A DNA stretch of 64,000 nucleotides, taken from NCBI GenBank assembly GCA_041484665.1, contig JBGPIA010000010.1, positions 1 to 64,000 on the forward strand, written 5' to 3'. The first letter of the stretch is position 1, and each line of letters starts with the position of its first letter. Below are positions 19,007-29,115 of this stretch, piece by piece. Source of the stretch: Candidatus Krumholzibacteriia bacterium (GTDB lineage Bacteria; Krumholzibacteriota; Krumholzibacteriia; JAJRXK01). Position numbers and translations under genes: made by a program. Under the pieces are notes generated by a model, which was given only the letters and a program-made list of their open reading frames with translations, was not told the origin of the DNA and ran no database searches.

Positions 19007-19330
19007 CCCTGACACCTCCCATCCCCCACTCCTGCGCTCGCGCGGGTCGCTCGCGTCCGCGCCCGCGCTCCGCAAGAGCTCGACCAGCGAAGAGCTCGAC
19101 CAGGTCGTCGTCGGGCGGCTCCCTGCGCCGACGGCGCAGCCCGTTGTGGCTGCGCGTGGCGCCTTCCATCGGGGATCCATCCCACCTCATGGAACACACG
19201 GGCCGCCCCTTTCGGCAGCAACGGGTGGTGACCCCGGCGGGGACGCGCGGGGGCGCTTGGACCTGGCGATTCCGGCTGCCATTCGCAGGGTCTGCGGTGT
19301 TCTGTTGGCAACCCGGAGGAGGTGCCCACG

Positions 19331-19948
19331 ATGAAGACCCGTCAAGTTGAGCCCCTTGGATCTTCCCCTTCGCGCTCTCTCGTACCGGCACAATGGATCC
19401 TGCTTTGCGCCGTGTGTGTGCTCTGGCTCACGGGCGCGGGCCCGTCGCGAGCAGCAACGCCAACGCCAAAAGCCGCGTCCCCCACGGCTGTGTCAGCCGG
19501 GGCGGGTGGCGCGTCGACCGATGAGGCGCGGACGGCGTCATCGGAGCAGGACGCAAACGTCGTCGCGAGCTTGCCCGCAGGCGCGCAGGCGGCAGCGGCC
19601 GCGGTCGACCCGACGATCGAGGGGCGGTGCTCCCCGATGATGGGCGAGATCGATTCGTTGCTCGCGGCACAGCGAGAGGAGCTGACCGCGCTGCAGGAGC
19701 GATTCGACCGTGCGGCCAACGAGGTGGATGCCCTCGAGCTGCAGCGCGCCATCGAGCGGCTGAAGATGCAGACCGAGGCGTCGATCTTGCGGACCCAAGC
19801 ACGCTACGCACGGCTGGCCGGCCAGCTGCGAGTGGCGCAGGAGATCGAGGCCACGCTGGAGTCCCTGTCCGAGCCCGCGCAACCCGCGCCGCCCAACGAT
19901 CGCTTTGCGCCAGTCCAGAGCGACGTAAGCAACCACGCCCAACGCTAG
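19331..19948 (+). CDS. Hypothetical exported coiled-coil protein
   Basis: GGAGG RBS; signal peptide; heptad-rich helix. Confidence 0.7.
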   Translation: MKTRQVEPLGSSPSRSLVPAQWILLCAVCVLWLTGAGPSRAATPTPKAASPTAVSAGAGGASTDEARTASSEQDANVVASLPAGAQAAAAAVDPTIEGRCSPMMGEIDSLLAAQREELTALQERFDRAANEVDALELQRAIERLKMQTEASILRTQARYARLAGQLRVAQEIEATLESLSEPAQPAPPNDRFAPVQSDVSNHAQR

Positions 19949-19995
19949 GACACCACGTCCAACCGGATCGGATCGTCCAGATCGAGGAGGAGGCC

Positions 19996-22900
19996 ATGAG
20001 CTCGCGAATGTTCTCGCACGCGCCCGCACGATCGCTGCACGTCATGCACCCAAGAACCGGCGGCCTGAGGTGCGCTCTTCTGCTCGCCGCCCTGGGCTGG
20101 GTGATGATTGTGCCGGCCGCACAGGCAACGATCGGTCCCCCGGTGAGCGTGCGCCTGCAGGGCGGGCCGCGACCGGCCGAGGCCGGCAAGGTCTACACCG
20201 GCGTATTCGAGATCGTGACCGAGCCCGGGGCCCAGCTCACCGGACTCGAGCTGGCCGGCGAAGGGTGGAGCAAGTCCGCGCTGCAAGTCGCCAGCCGGCA
20301 GACGATGGGCAAGCTGCAAACGCTGGACGTGCCGTTCGCGTCGGCGTCGGGTGATCCCAATCAGCCACTGCTGCTCCGCTTCATTCTGGACGGCAAGCTT
20401 GTGGAGTGGCCGATCGATCTCTCCCCGCGCAGCTGCGAGCGGGCGAGCCGGCCCGCGGGAGTGCGCCTGCGCAGCGAAATCGCCGCGCTGCCCACGGGCG
20501 GGGCGTACGCCGCAGGCCCGCGCCCCGGGCCGGCGCCTGCTCCGGTCTCGGCCGTCCACCAGGACGATCCGTCCGATGCGCTCCCGAACAGCTCGGCCGA
20601 GTCGAAAGACAGGGCGCTTGGCGAAGGCCCGGCCAGCCCGCAAGTGGCGCGCGACATCCGCGTCTACGGACGCTTCGTCTACACGCGCCAGCCCGATGGC
20701 GTGGTGGTCGGCGTGGATGGCCTGAGCGTGTATGTCTACGATGACGACGCCATCGGACGCCAGATCCAGACAAGCGGAATCACGGATCCCACGGGCAACT
20801 TCGACCTGACGTTCTCCTGGGATGGGTCGTGCTTCGGTTGCGAGGCCCAGCCGGACATCAAGGTGGTGTTCAAGGCGGCCAACACCGCGGTCGATGTGCA
20901 AGCGTTGATCGCGCTGGACTATTACAGCTGGGAAACCGGCACCTGGACCAACTACGCGGGGACATCGCTGAACATCGGCACCATCAGCTCACTCGACGAG
21001 GACCTGGATGCGGGGCTGCACATCCTGACCGATATCGTCCACACCTGGCGGTGGCTCGCCGAGAACGAGGGCTATCTCAACATCCCCGTCGTGCACGTTG
21101 TCTGGCCCATGATCGGCTCCAATGCGTGGTACACGGCGCTGATCCGCTCCATCTACGTCTGCAACGATGCCGCGAACACGCAGTGGAACGAAGGCGTCCA
21201 CTCCCACGAGTATGGGCATCATTGGATGAACCTCTATTCGTTGAACCAGGCGGCCGAGTACTGCAATGGAATCTGCGATACCGTACCTGGCATTGTCTGC
21301 GGCCACTGCTTGTGGTGCGCGGAGAGCGACCACGACGCGTTGAATGAAGGCTGGCCGGACTGGCTCGGCTACGTGATTCCCACGAACTACGGTGCACGTT
21401 ACGGGACGGCGGCGTGGAGCCCCTACGGTTTCGAGGGCATCGGCCAGTGTTCGAGCGGGGTCTACGGCGACCCCGCGCTCACCGAAGGCTTCCTGGCCGC
21501 GGTCGTCCAGGACATCCAGGACTCCAGCCAGGATGACGACCCGTACAGCCCGGGGTACGCCGATGTCCTGGCGCTGGGGACCAACGAGATCTTCGACGTT
21601 CTCGCTATGGATTACCCGGTCAATCCAGTCGACTTCCTCAACAAGTTCAAGGCCCGCTTCCCCCAGTACAAAGAGGACCTCTGGGAAACAGCCAAGGAGG
21701 ACGGCTACGAGATCGATCAGCTCGCACCGCCCGCGCCCACGGGACTCACCGCGCCGGGCCATCCGGTCGGGGGCAGCTCGGGGGACGCCACCGTGGACTT
21801 CACCTGGACCCGGCCCGATGACGATGCATCGGGGATCGAGGGCTACAGCTGGTCGCTGGACGTCGTGCCCGGATACATGCCCGACACCTCCCGGGACCTC
21901 CTGGACGTGACCGCGTTCACGACCTACGCCCTGGCCCCGGGGACGTACTACTTTACCCTGCGCGCCAAGGACCGCGATGGCCACTGGGGCTCGGCCTTTG
22001 CGCAGTACGGTCCGTTCACCATCCTCCCCCCCGAGCCGGCCAACCTGCGCTACTGGAACGAGCCCGGCTGGAGCTTCGTGGTCGTGCCGCGCGCCTTCAA
22101 CGACGCCGGCCTCGGCAGCGTGCCCGCGCCCGCCGTGCTCCAAGGCAACACTGCGACGACCTGGTGGAACCTGAGCGGCCGCAACGACGGCGACCAGCCC
22201 ACCTCCACCGGATTCCAGGCGCGCATCTACGTGGACGACACCCACGCCGCCTCCATCGTGTACGGCGGCATGGCGGGCTCCACCAATTTCATGGCCATCA
22301 ATCGCGGGATCTCGGGGACCACCGATCCGCTCACGGTGCGCGGCGGGCGCCACGTCTTCGAAGCGCGCCTCGACGCGCTGGAGCAGATCCCCGAGAGCAT
22401 TGAGACCGACAACGCGTGGGCGCACCAGTGGTGCTGGATACCACTCACGCTCGGGTTGACGGCAGTCACGCGCACAGCACCGCCCAAGCGACTGGCCGGC
22501 TGGGGCTCGGTCACCGACGGGTCGGCGCTGCACTACAACTGCGACGGGTTGCGGCTGTCCCCGGGTGGATTCTTCAACGCGGTCGTGATCCGGGCCAGCA
22601 AGAACGGCGACGACTACGACTGCCGCATCCACCCCTTGTCGCCCACCACCGCCGACTTCACCAACAACGGCTTCCCATCGAGCAATGTCGGGTACTCCAC
22701 GCGCGCGGCGGGCTGCATCGACGCGGTGCTGACCAACATCTGGCGCACGGGCCTGACGGCCTACGACGTCGGCGTGCTCAACGCCAACGATGGGCTCGGG
22801 GGCTACACGGCGACGCCCGTATTCAGCGTCGCGCACACCCTGGGCGACTCCGTCGTGGTGTCGCTCGCGGCCAACGAGATGCTGCAGCTGCGCCACTTCT

Positions 22901-24591
22901 TTGTGCCGCTGGCCAGCGTCGGACCCTTCAGCGTCACGGTGGACGTGACGCCAGCCAGCGATCCGGTCCACGTGCTCTGGCTGGACGACACGTTCGCCAC
23001 GGGTGACCTGCTCGACTACGACGCGATGGCCACCACGGACGCCGCGGGTCACGCGCGCCTGGACTTCATCGTGTACAACGAGGGCTACAACGGGCTGGTC
23101 CTCTACCGCGATCCAAAGGACGGCACGGGGCCCATCACCGTCGCCGTGGAGCTGGGCGAGACCCCGCCCGATCCCATGGCCTACAACGCGGCCGGCTGGT
23201 ACGCGCCGCTGGTGCCGCTTCCGACGCCCACCGGTGTGCCGGCCGGCGTTCCGTTGCCGGCAACGCTCGCGGGCAACGCGGCATCCACGTACTTCAACTT
23301 CGCTGTGCGCAACGAGAGCCCGACGGAGGCCCCCTCCGTGCGCAACCAGGTTGACCTGGATGGCGCATTCTCCTTCTACGTCGACTGGAGCCCGGCGCAC
23401 GGCTATTCGAATTTCTTCTACAACGGCACCAGCGGGCTGGTGGTACGGGGAGGGCGGCACATGCTCTCGCTCTGCCCGGACCGGATCCAGGCCATCGAGG
23501 AGATCAGCGAGACCAACAACATCTACGGCGCGCAGTACGTCTGGTCGCCGCTCCTGCTCACCGATAACGCGCCGATCACGCGGTCCGCTCCGCCGGACCC
23601 CATGGGCGGCCGTGCCGACCTGCGCAGCGGCGAGGCGTTCTACTACAACTGCGACGGGCTGCGCATCCCCAACACCGGCCCGCGCTGGCACGCGGCGGCG
23701 GTCATGCCCGGGGCTTCGAGCAACGTGGACCTGCGATTGCACGCAACAGTGCTGGGCGCCAAGCTTGGCTTCGCCGCGAGCCTGACGACCTCGGGCTGGG
23801 GAACCGGCCAGTCGGATTTCGTGCTCGTGGACTTCCGCACCGGCATTCCGATCACGGTATTCGATGTCGGCGCGGTCCGGGTCGGGACGGGCACGGAGAG
23901 CTACACCGCCGAGTCGACCGGCTCGCAATTCCTCGCCACCGATCCGCAGGGGACCTACGGACCCTTCACGCTGCCGGCAAACCGCATCGTGAACCTGCAC
24001 GAGGTCTACCTGGATGCGCGCGCGTACAGCTTCGAGCTGCAGAACGTCTCGGGCAGCGTGGACTGGGGAATGGCATTGCACCAGCAGGGCGTGGCGTACC
24101 AGGGGAAGTCGACCACGGTGGCCGGCGGCGCCGCGTGGTTTGCCGACCCGGGCGCGGGTGAGAGCTTCACAGTGGACGTGGCAACCGCAGGCTACTACTG
24201 CCTCTCGGTCTGGAAGGTCGGCGCCGCGGACCTGCCTCTGTCGGGCAGCTACGACATCCGCGTGCTGAACCCAGCCGTGACGCGCGTCGACCCGCCGGTC
24301 CCACCGCCCACGCACTTCGCGGCCTATCCAAATCACCCCAATCCGTTCAACCCCACGACCGTCGTGCGCTTCGATCTGCCGGCTGCACTCCCCGTGAGCC
24401 TGCAGATCCACGATGTCACGGGGCGTGTGGTGCGCACCCTGCTCGAGGGCGAGGTCCTGCCGGCGGGCCAGCACGAATCCATGTGGGACGGGCGCGACGA
24501 GCGCGGGATCGGCGTCGCATCGGGCACGTACTTCTACCGCTTGCGCGCCGGCGGCCGCGAGGCAGTGCGCTCGATGCTGCTTCTCAAATAA
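19996..24591 (+). CDS. Giant secreted zinc metallopeptidase-like protein with Fn3/CARDB-like domains, a duplicated ~370-aa module and FlgD/T9SS-type CTD
   Basis: Strong RBS; signal peptide; HEYGH (21205-21219) plus downstream NEGW; C-terminal NHPNPFNP...WDGRD. Confidence 0.88.
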   Translation: MSSRMFSHAPARSLHVMHPRTGGLRCALLLAALGWVMIVPAAQATIGPPVSVRLQGGPRPAEAGKVYTGVFEIVTEPGAQLTGLELAGEGWSKSALQVASRQTMGKLQTLDVPFASASGDPNQPLLLRFILDGKLVEWPIDLSPRSCERASRPAGVRLRSEIAALPTGGAYAAGPRPGPAPAPVSAVHQDDPSDALPNSSAESKDRALGEGPASPQVARDIRVYGRFVYTRQPDGVVVGVDGLSVYVYDDDAIGRQIQTSGITDPTGNFDLTFSWDGSCFGCEAQPDIKVVFKAANTAVDVQALIALDYYSWETGTWTNYAGTSLNIGTISSLDEDLDAGLHILTDIVHTWRWLAENEGYLNIPVVHVVWPMIGSNAWYTALIRSIYVCNDAANTQWNEGVHSHEYGHHWMNLYSLNQAAEYCNGICDTVPGIVCGHCLWCAESDHDALNEGWPDWLGYVIPTNYGARYGTAAWSPYGFEGIGQCSSGVYGDPALTEGFLAAVVQDIQDSSQDDDPYSPGYADVLALGTNEIFDVLAMDYPVNPVDFLNKFKARFPQYKEDLWETAKEDGYEIDQLAPPAPTGLTAPGHPVGGSSGDATVDFTWTRPDDDASGIEGYSWSLDVVPGYMPDTSRDLLDVTAFTTYALAPGTYYFTLRAKDRDGHWGSAFAQYGPFTILPPEPANLRYWNEPGWSFVVVPRAFNDAGLGSVPAPAVLQGNTATTWWNLSGRNDGDQPTSTGFQARIYVDDTHAASIVYGGMAGSTNFMAINRGISGTTDPLTVRGGRHVFEARLDALEQIPESIETDNAWAHQWCWIPLTLGLTAVTRTAPPKRLAGWGSVTDGSALHYNCDGLRLSPGGFFNAVVIRASKNGDDYDCRIHPLSPTTADFTNNGFPSSNVGYSTRAAGCIDAVLTNIWRTGLTAYDVGVLNANDGLGGYTATPVFSVAHTLGDSVVVSLAANEMLQLRHFFVPLASVGPFSVTVDVTPASDPVHVLWLDDTFATGDLLDYDAMATTDAAGHARLDFIVYNEGYNGLVLYRDPKDGTGPITVAVELGETPPDPMAYNAAGWYAPLVPLPTPTGVPAGVPLPATLAGNAASTYFNFAVRNESPTEAPSVRNQVDLDGAFSFYVDWSPAHGYSNFFYNGTSGLVVRGGRHMLSLCPDRIQAIEEISETNNIYGAQYVWSPLLLTDNAPITRSAPPDPMGGRADLRSGEAFYYNCDGLRIPNTGPRWHAAAVMPGASSNVDLRLHATVLGAKLGFAASLTTSGWGTGQSDFVLVDFRTGIPITVFDVGAVRVGTGTESYTAESTGSQFLATDPQGTYGPFTLPANRIVNLHEVYLDARAYSFELQNVSGSVDWGMALHQQGVAYQGKSTTVAGGAAWFADPGAGESFTVDVATAGYYCLSVWKVGAADLPLSGSYDIRVLNPAVTRVDPPVPPPTHFAAYPNHPNPFNPTTVVRFDLPAALPVSLQIHDVTGRVVRTLLEGEVLPAGQHESMWDGRDERGIGVASGTYFYRLRAGGREAVRSMLLLK

Positions 24592-24649
24592 GGCCCGCGC
24601 CGCGGCGGCGGGCCGCGCGACGCGCCTGCGCCGGGGCAGGCGCGTCGTG

Positions 24650-25792
24650 CTACCGCGTGAAGCCGCGACCGCCCAGGCGCGGGTTGGCCATCACCGGCCT
24701 GAGCACCGCTCGTAGTGCCGCAACCGCGTTGGTGGAGCGCCCCAGCACCCTCGCGCAATATTGTACGTACCAGGCCGGGACGCGCGTGGGCGATGTCGGC
24801 AGCCACAGCGCCGCCGCGACGACCCGGCGCCACGCGTAGCCCTGCAGCCCCGCCGGCGCGGCACGCTCTCCGACCGCGCGAGCCATGCGCGTGCCAAACG
24901 TGCGGTCGATCACGGTGGTCACGCGGGGCAGGACGGCCGCTGCCCCATTGGAGCGGGCGCGCTCGAGCAGGCGTGGCAGCTCGACGCGACGATGCAGAAT
25001 CCATGCGGCGAGGTCGAATAGCGCGCGCCCCTTGCCCAGATACGCGTCGGCGTGATCCAGCTGCAGGGCGTGGTGCAGCGCCACGTCGAGGTCGCTCAGG
25101 CGCAGCAGGCCCGGCGGCGCCTCCTCCAGCGGGACCGCCGCCTCCCACCACTGCTCGAGTACGATGTGGAACGGATTCGTCGGGTAGACCGGTGTCCAGT
25201 GCACGTCGACGACAATCGACGGGCTGTCCGGCCTCAGGTACGGCTCCATGTGATGGTGGTCATCGTAGTGCGCGAGGGGGTACCGCCCCAGCGCCACGTA
25301 GCCTTGCTGCACCAGCACGTCACGCGCCAGCGGGAGGTGCTTGCGCTCGACCATTACATCGATATCCCCAGGCGCGCGCGTGAGGTTCAGCGGACGGTAG
25401 AGCGTGCTGCGCATCGCCAGCCCTTTGAGCGCGATCACCCGGATACCGGTGCGCAGGAGCCCCTCTACCAACCGTTGGGCTGCCGCGGAGCTGTTGAGGC
25501 TCAGCGCGGCCTCGCGGTCGCGGGCATTGCGCAGCTCCGTGCGAACCGCAGCGTCGAGCTGGTCCACGCCGACAGCGTGGGACAGAGCGCTCCAGAGGAG
25601 GCTGGCCGCGCCATTGCGCGCGGCGAGCAGAACGGTGTCCCGATCGGGCAAGTACGCCCGCGCGAGCTCCGCCTTGCGGCGCTGGGAGGCCGGGCCGGCG
25701 ACTTCTGCTGCGTCAGGTCCTCCCGCACGTGCCGCTACGTCCCGCAACAAGACGGCCAGCCAATGCGCGAGCCGCCGTTCGGCGCGCCTCAC
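24650..25792 (-). CDS. Nucleotidyltransferase-family protein (uncharacterised NTase type)
   Basis: ALKGLA...Y...R..GDIDVMV and VDVHW motifs; GGAGG RBS before GTG 25792. Confidence 0.82.
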   Translation of the reverse strand: MRRAERRLAHWLAVLLRDVAARAGGPDAAEVAGPASQRRKAELARAYLPDRDTVLLAARNGAASLLWSALSHAVGVDQLDAAVRTELRNARDREAALSLNSSAAAQRLVEGLLRTGIRVIALKGLAMRSTLYRPLNLTRAPGDIDVMVERKHLPLARDVLVQQGYVALGRYPLAHYDDHHHMEPYLRPDSPSIVVDVHWTPVYPTNPFHIVLEQWWEAAVPLEEAPPGLLRLSDLDVALHHALQLDHADAYLGKGRALFDLAAWILHRRVELPRLLERARSNGAAAVLPRVTTVIDRTFGTRMARAVGERAAPAGLQGYAWRRVVAAALWLPTSPTRVPAWYVQYCARVLGRSTNAVAALRAVLRPVMANPRLGGRGFTR

Positions 25793-26271
25793 GAGCGTAT
25801 ACCTCCCGGCGATGGGCAAAGCAGTCGACGAGGTCCGGCTCCCACGAGCGACGCGCGCCACAGGGCATACTCGCCACGCGCCCGCAACTCTGCGGCTGGG
25901 TCCTGGTCCAACGTCACGTCGAGCCTGTATCCACCTGCCGTGTCGATGGCACGCGCCGCCGACGCCGGTGGTGGGCACACAGGACGATACACGTCGGGCA
26001 CCACCGCCTCCAGCGCGATGCTGCCGTTCGGCGCGGGCTCGGGGAGCTCCCCCGGTTGCCCCGCGGTCATGGCGAGCACGGCCAGGCGACGGAGGCTGCT
26101 GGCCCTCAGGTCGCAAGCCAGCGCAGGATCGCCGTGCCGCAGGGCCCAAGACGCCGGGCCCCCAGAGGTGTATCGTCCACAGCGCACGGATGGGAACCGC
26201 TCTCCGCCAGACGCAGTCAGGGAAGCGCGGACGGAAATCGCGATCCCCTTGTGTCGCCATGGGAGGACCCG

Positions 26272-27285
26272 ATGCTCACTCGTTCGCTCGGCTCCAAGGG
26301 TCCGCAGGTGTCGGCCGTCGGCTTGGGCTGTATGGGCATGTCCGATCTCTATGGCCCGGCCGACAGGGCCGAGAGCATCGCGACCGTGCGCGCCGCGCTG
26401 GACGCCGGATTCACCCTGCTGGACACCGGCGACTTCTACGGGATGGGCCACAACGAGCTGCTACTGCGCGAGGCCTTGCAGGGTCGAGCCCGCGAGCGGG
26501 TCGTGATCAGCGTCAAGTTCGGGGCGCTGCGCGATTTCAAAGGCGGCTGGTTGGGTATCGACGGGCGGCCTGCCGCCGTGAAGAACTTCCTCGCCTATAC
26601 GCTGCGCCGCCTGGGCACCGACTACGTCGACGTCTACCGGCTGACCCGCGTCGACCCGGCCGTGCCGATCGAGGACACGATCGGCGCGATTGCGGAGATG
26701 GTGCAAGCAGGACACGTCCGTCACGTCGGCCTCTCCGAGGCCGGCGCCGCAACGCTGCGCCGTGCCTACGCCGTGCATCCCATCTGCGACCTGCAGATCG
26801 AGTACTCGCTCCTGTCGCGCGGGATCGAGGCGGAGATCCTGCCGACGGCCCGCGAGCTGGGCATCGGCATCACCGCGTACGGAGTGCTCTGCCGCGGTCT
26901 TCTGAGCGGGCACTGGTCGAAGGAGCGCAGCGTGGCGCCCGGTGACTTCCGCAGCTTCAGCCCCCGCTTCCGCGGCGAGAATCTGGACCGCAACCTCGCA
27001 CTGGTCGAGGCGCTGCGCAGCATCGCCCGGGAGATAGGCGTGACCGTCGCCCAGATTGCCATCGCGTGGGTGCTGTCGCGCGGGAACGACATCGTTCCGC
27101 TGATCGGCGCTCGGCAGCGCGACCGGCTCGCCGAGGCGTTGGGTGCACTCGACGTGAACCTCACCCCGGACGACTTGGCCCAGATCGAGCGTGCCGTGCC
27201 TCCCGGTGCTGCCGCCGGCGACCGTTACCCCACGCCCCAGATGGCCCACCTCGACAGCGAGCGGCGGGGCAGCCAGCACCCCTGA
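26272..27285 (+). CDS. Aldo/keto reductase
   Basis: GLGCMGMS, LDTGDFYG, VGLSE, QIEYSLLSR; GGAGG RBS. Confidence 0.95.
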   Translation: MLTRSLGSKGPQVSAVGLGCMGMSDLYGPADRAESIATVRAALDAGFTLLDTGDFYGMGHNELLLREALQGRARERVVISVKFGALRDFKGGWLGIDGRPAAVKNFLAYTLRRLGTDYVDVYRLTRVDPAVPIEDTIGAIAEMVQAGHVRHVGLSEAGAATLRRAYAVHPICDLQIEYSLLSRGIEAEILPTARELGIGITAYGVLCRGLLSGHWSKERSVAPGDFRSFSPRFRGENLDRNLALVEALRSIAREIGVTVAQIAIAWVLSRGNDIVPLIGARQRDRLAEALGALDVNLTPDDLAQIERAVPPGAAAGDRYPTPQMAHLDSERRGSQHP

Positions 27286-27361
27286 CGGCCAAGCGTCGGC
27301 GGTCGCGCGGTCATCGCGCCTGGCAGCACGTTGCGCAGTTGGCACACCTGGCGCCCGCGGT

Positions 27362-27433
27362 GCAGGTGGCGCCCGTGGCATACGTAGCGCCGGCAGCGCA
27401 GGTGGCGCCCGTGGCATACGTAGCGCCCGCAAC
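27362..27433. repeat. 2 x 36-bp tandem repeat (18-bp subunits) between convergent genes
   Basis: GCAGGTGGCGCCCGTGGCATACGTAGCGCC at 27362 and 27398. Confidence 0.85.
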
Positions 27434-27452
27434 GAGGGCGCTGGTGCGCTCC

Positions 27453-28331
27453 CTACTCGGAGCGCACGCTGGTGCGGCTGAAAGCGCCTTCGAGTCGCAG
27501 CCGGTACCCAGGTCCGCTGAGGCGCGCAGCGTCACGTCTGCCGTCCACCGAGTTCACGAAGCCGTCGGTGCTCGTGCGCATCGGCACGGTCGGAGGAACG
27601 ACGATTGTGAGCCCGTTGAAGGCGCCCTGCACGTCGATCCGCACATCGGAGGCCGGAACGCCCAGCCGCAGCGTAAGGTCGTTGAACGCTCCCTGAAGGT
27701 CGATGCGGGTCACGGGCACCGAGCTCAGATCGATCTCGCCGCGGGTGAAGGCCAGGTTCAAATCGAGCGCAAACGGCAGGTCGGTGGCCACCGTCAGGTC
27801 CCAGCTCTCGTCCCTCGATGGGATGATGATGACGGGCCCGTGCCGTTCCCCTTCGATCCGGACGCGGGTTTCGCCATCCACGTTCGTGGTCCTGACCCAT
27901 GGGTTGCCCTGCGAGATGACGGTCGCGTCCAACAACCGATCGCCGGCCACCGGTCCCGCCTTCAACTGGATCGCTGCCAGGTGCACTCCCCCAGTCAGCG
28001 TCCAGCGGTCCGTTGCAGCCGGCCGGTCGGCGTGGACGTCGAACCGGTCTCCCACGGGGGCCCGCGCGGTATTCGTCGCCACGTACGCCAGGGTGCCCAG
28101 CACCAGAAGCGGCGATAACAGAACCGCCCAGGGGTAGCGGGAGCGGTCGAACACCAGGCGCAGCCCCAACGCCACCAGCGCGATGGGCCAGTACGCCAGC
28201 GCGTCCTTCCAGAAGAACCACGGGAGCGTGCCGCGGGTATTGAGCAGGAGCAGCACGCCGATGCCGATCCAGAACACCCCACTGGAGACGCGCCGCCACT
28301 CGACCCGATCGCCGCTCATCTTGCCGCTCAC
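27453..28331 (-). CDS. LiaF/DUF5668-like membrane protein with C-terminal beta-solenoid
   Basis: G..WIGIGVLLLL...YWP..LV..G TM motif; repeated LxL/GAF beta repeats; GTGA overlap. Confidence 0.75.
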   Translation of the reverse strand: MSGKMSGDRVEWRRVSSGVFWIGIGVLLLLNTRGTLPWFFWKDALAYWPIALVALGLRLVFDRSRYPWAVLLSPLLVLGTLAYVATNTARAPVGDRFDVHADRPAATDRWTLTGGVHLAAIQLKAGPVAGDRLLDATVISQGNPWVRTTNVDGETRVRIEGERHGPVIIIPSRDESWDLTVATDLPFALDLNLAFTRGEIDLSSVPVTRIDLQGAFNDLTLRLGVPASDVRIDVQGAFNGLTIVVPPTVPMRTSTDGFVNSVDGRRDAARLSGPGYRLRLEGAFSRTSVRSE

Positions 28332-28924
28332 CGTCCCCTGCCGCGTCGAGCGCCGGCGATCATGGCGATCCCGGCGACGATGAACACGACCGGCCACAAG
28401 TTCGCGAGGCGGGCCCAGCTCGGCCAGCGCCACCAGGAGAACCGGTCCACGAGGAACAGCGCGCCCACGACGATCAGGATGATTCCCAGCGCGAGGCCGC
28501 CACGACTCGCGTGGTGCGAACCCGTGCGCAGTTCCGCTGCGACCTTTGCCCCTGCCTCGCGCATCTCATCGACGAACCGTTCGGCGGTGGAAGCCGGGCC
28601 GTGGACGGGGCCAGCGGTGGGGCCCGCGCCGGCGCTTGCCCCCGGGCCTGGACCGGCGCCAGAGCCTTGGCCAGGTGCGCCACCGAATGCCGCGCCGGAG
28701 GGCGGGCTGGATGCAGTGCCGGGTCCGGCTCCAGGCTGGCGGTCCCCCCGCGGGATCGCGACCCAGCCGATGATGTACAGCAGCGGCCCCAGGCCGTGCA
28801 GGAACGCCAGCAGGATGAAGCCGACGCGGATCAGGACAGGATCGATGTCCAGGTGGTTGGCGATACCGGCGGCCACGCCGGCAATGACGCCCCGCTGCGT
28901 GTCGCGGGTGAGCGGTCGAGCCAT
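28328..28924 (-). CDS. pspC: PspC-domain membrane protein
   Basis: LTRD....VIAGVAAGIANHLDIDPVLIRV...YIIGWVAIP; C-terminal DUF5668-like TMs. Confidence 0.88.
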   Translation of the reverse strand: MARPLTRDTQRGVIAGVAAGIANHLDIDPVLIRVGFILLAFLHGLGPLLYIIGWVAIPRGDRQPGAGPGTASSPPSGAAFGGAPGQGSGAGPGPGASAGAGPTAGPVHGPASTAERFVDEMREAGAKVAAELRTGSHHASRGGLALGIILIVVGALFLVDRFSWWRWPSWARLANLWPVVFIVAGIAMIAGARRGRGR

Positions 28925-29033
28925 CGTCTTTGCCCGCCCTTGCTGGTGATCCGCAAGCCCGATGAGCAACCCATCTCGAAGCTGCACTCGCAAGCCCGAC
29001 TCCGGAATGGGGATTCCAGCGCTCGCGTGTGCA

Positions 29034-29059
29034 TACGGGACTTCACCCGCATTGTTGCA
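29034..29059 (-). promoter_or_regulatory. ECF (SigW-like) promoter TGCAAC-N16-CGTA upstream of pspC
   Basis: One mismatch to TGAAAC-N16-CGTA with exact spacing; the downstream genes fit envelope stress. Confidence 0.55.
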
Positions 29060-29115
29060 CGCGGCCGTGGTGACCGCCAGGAAAGAGCGCGGCCGCGCGG
29101 CCGAGGTGGCCCGCG

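Noticed and set aside
20989..24474. Very long antisense ORFs (1161 aa here; also 8316-11306, 45921-48056, 56990-58942, 1186-2712)
   Set aside because: They shadow well-supported genes on the opposite strand, a known effect of high GC3, and carry no recognisable motifs.
24650..25792. Lasso peptide gene cluster around the nucleotidyltransferase
   Set aside because: No precursor, B1/B2 or cyclase gene is visible in the window.
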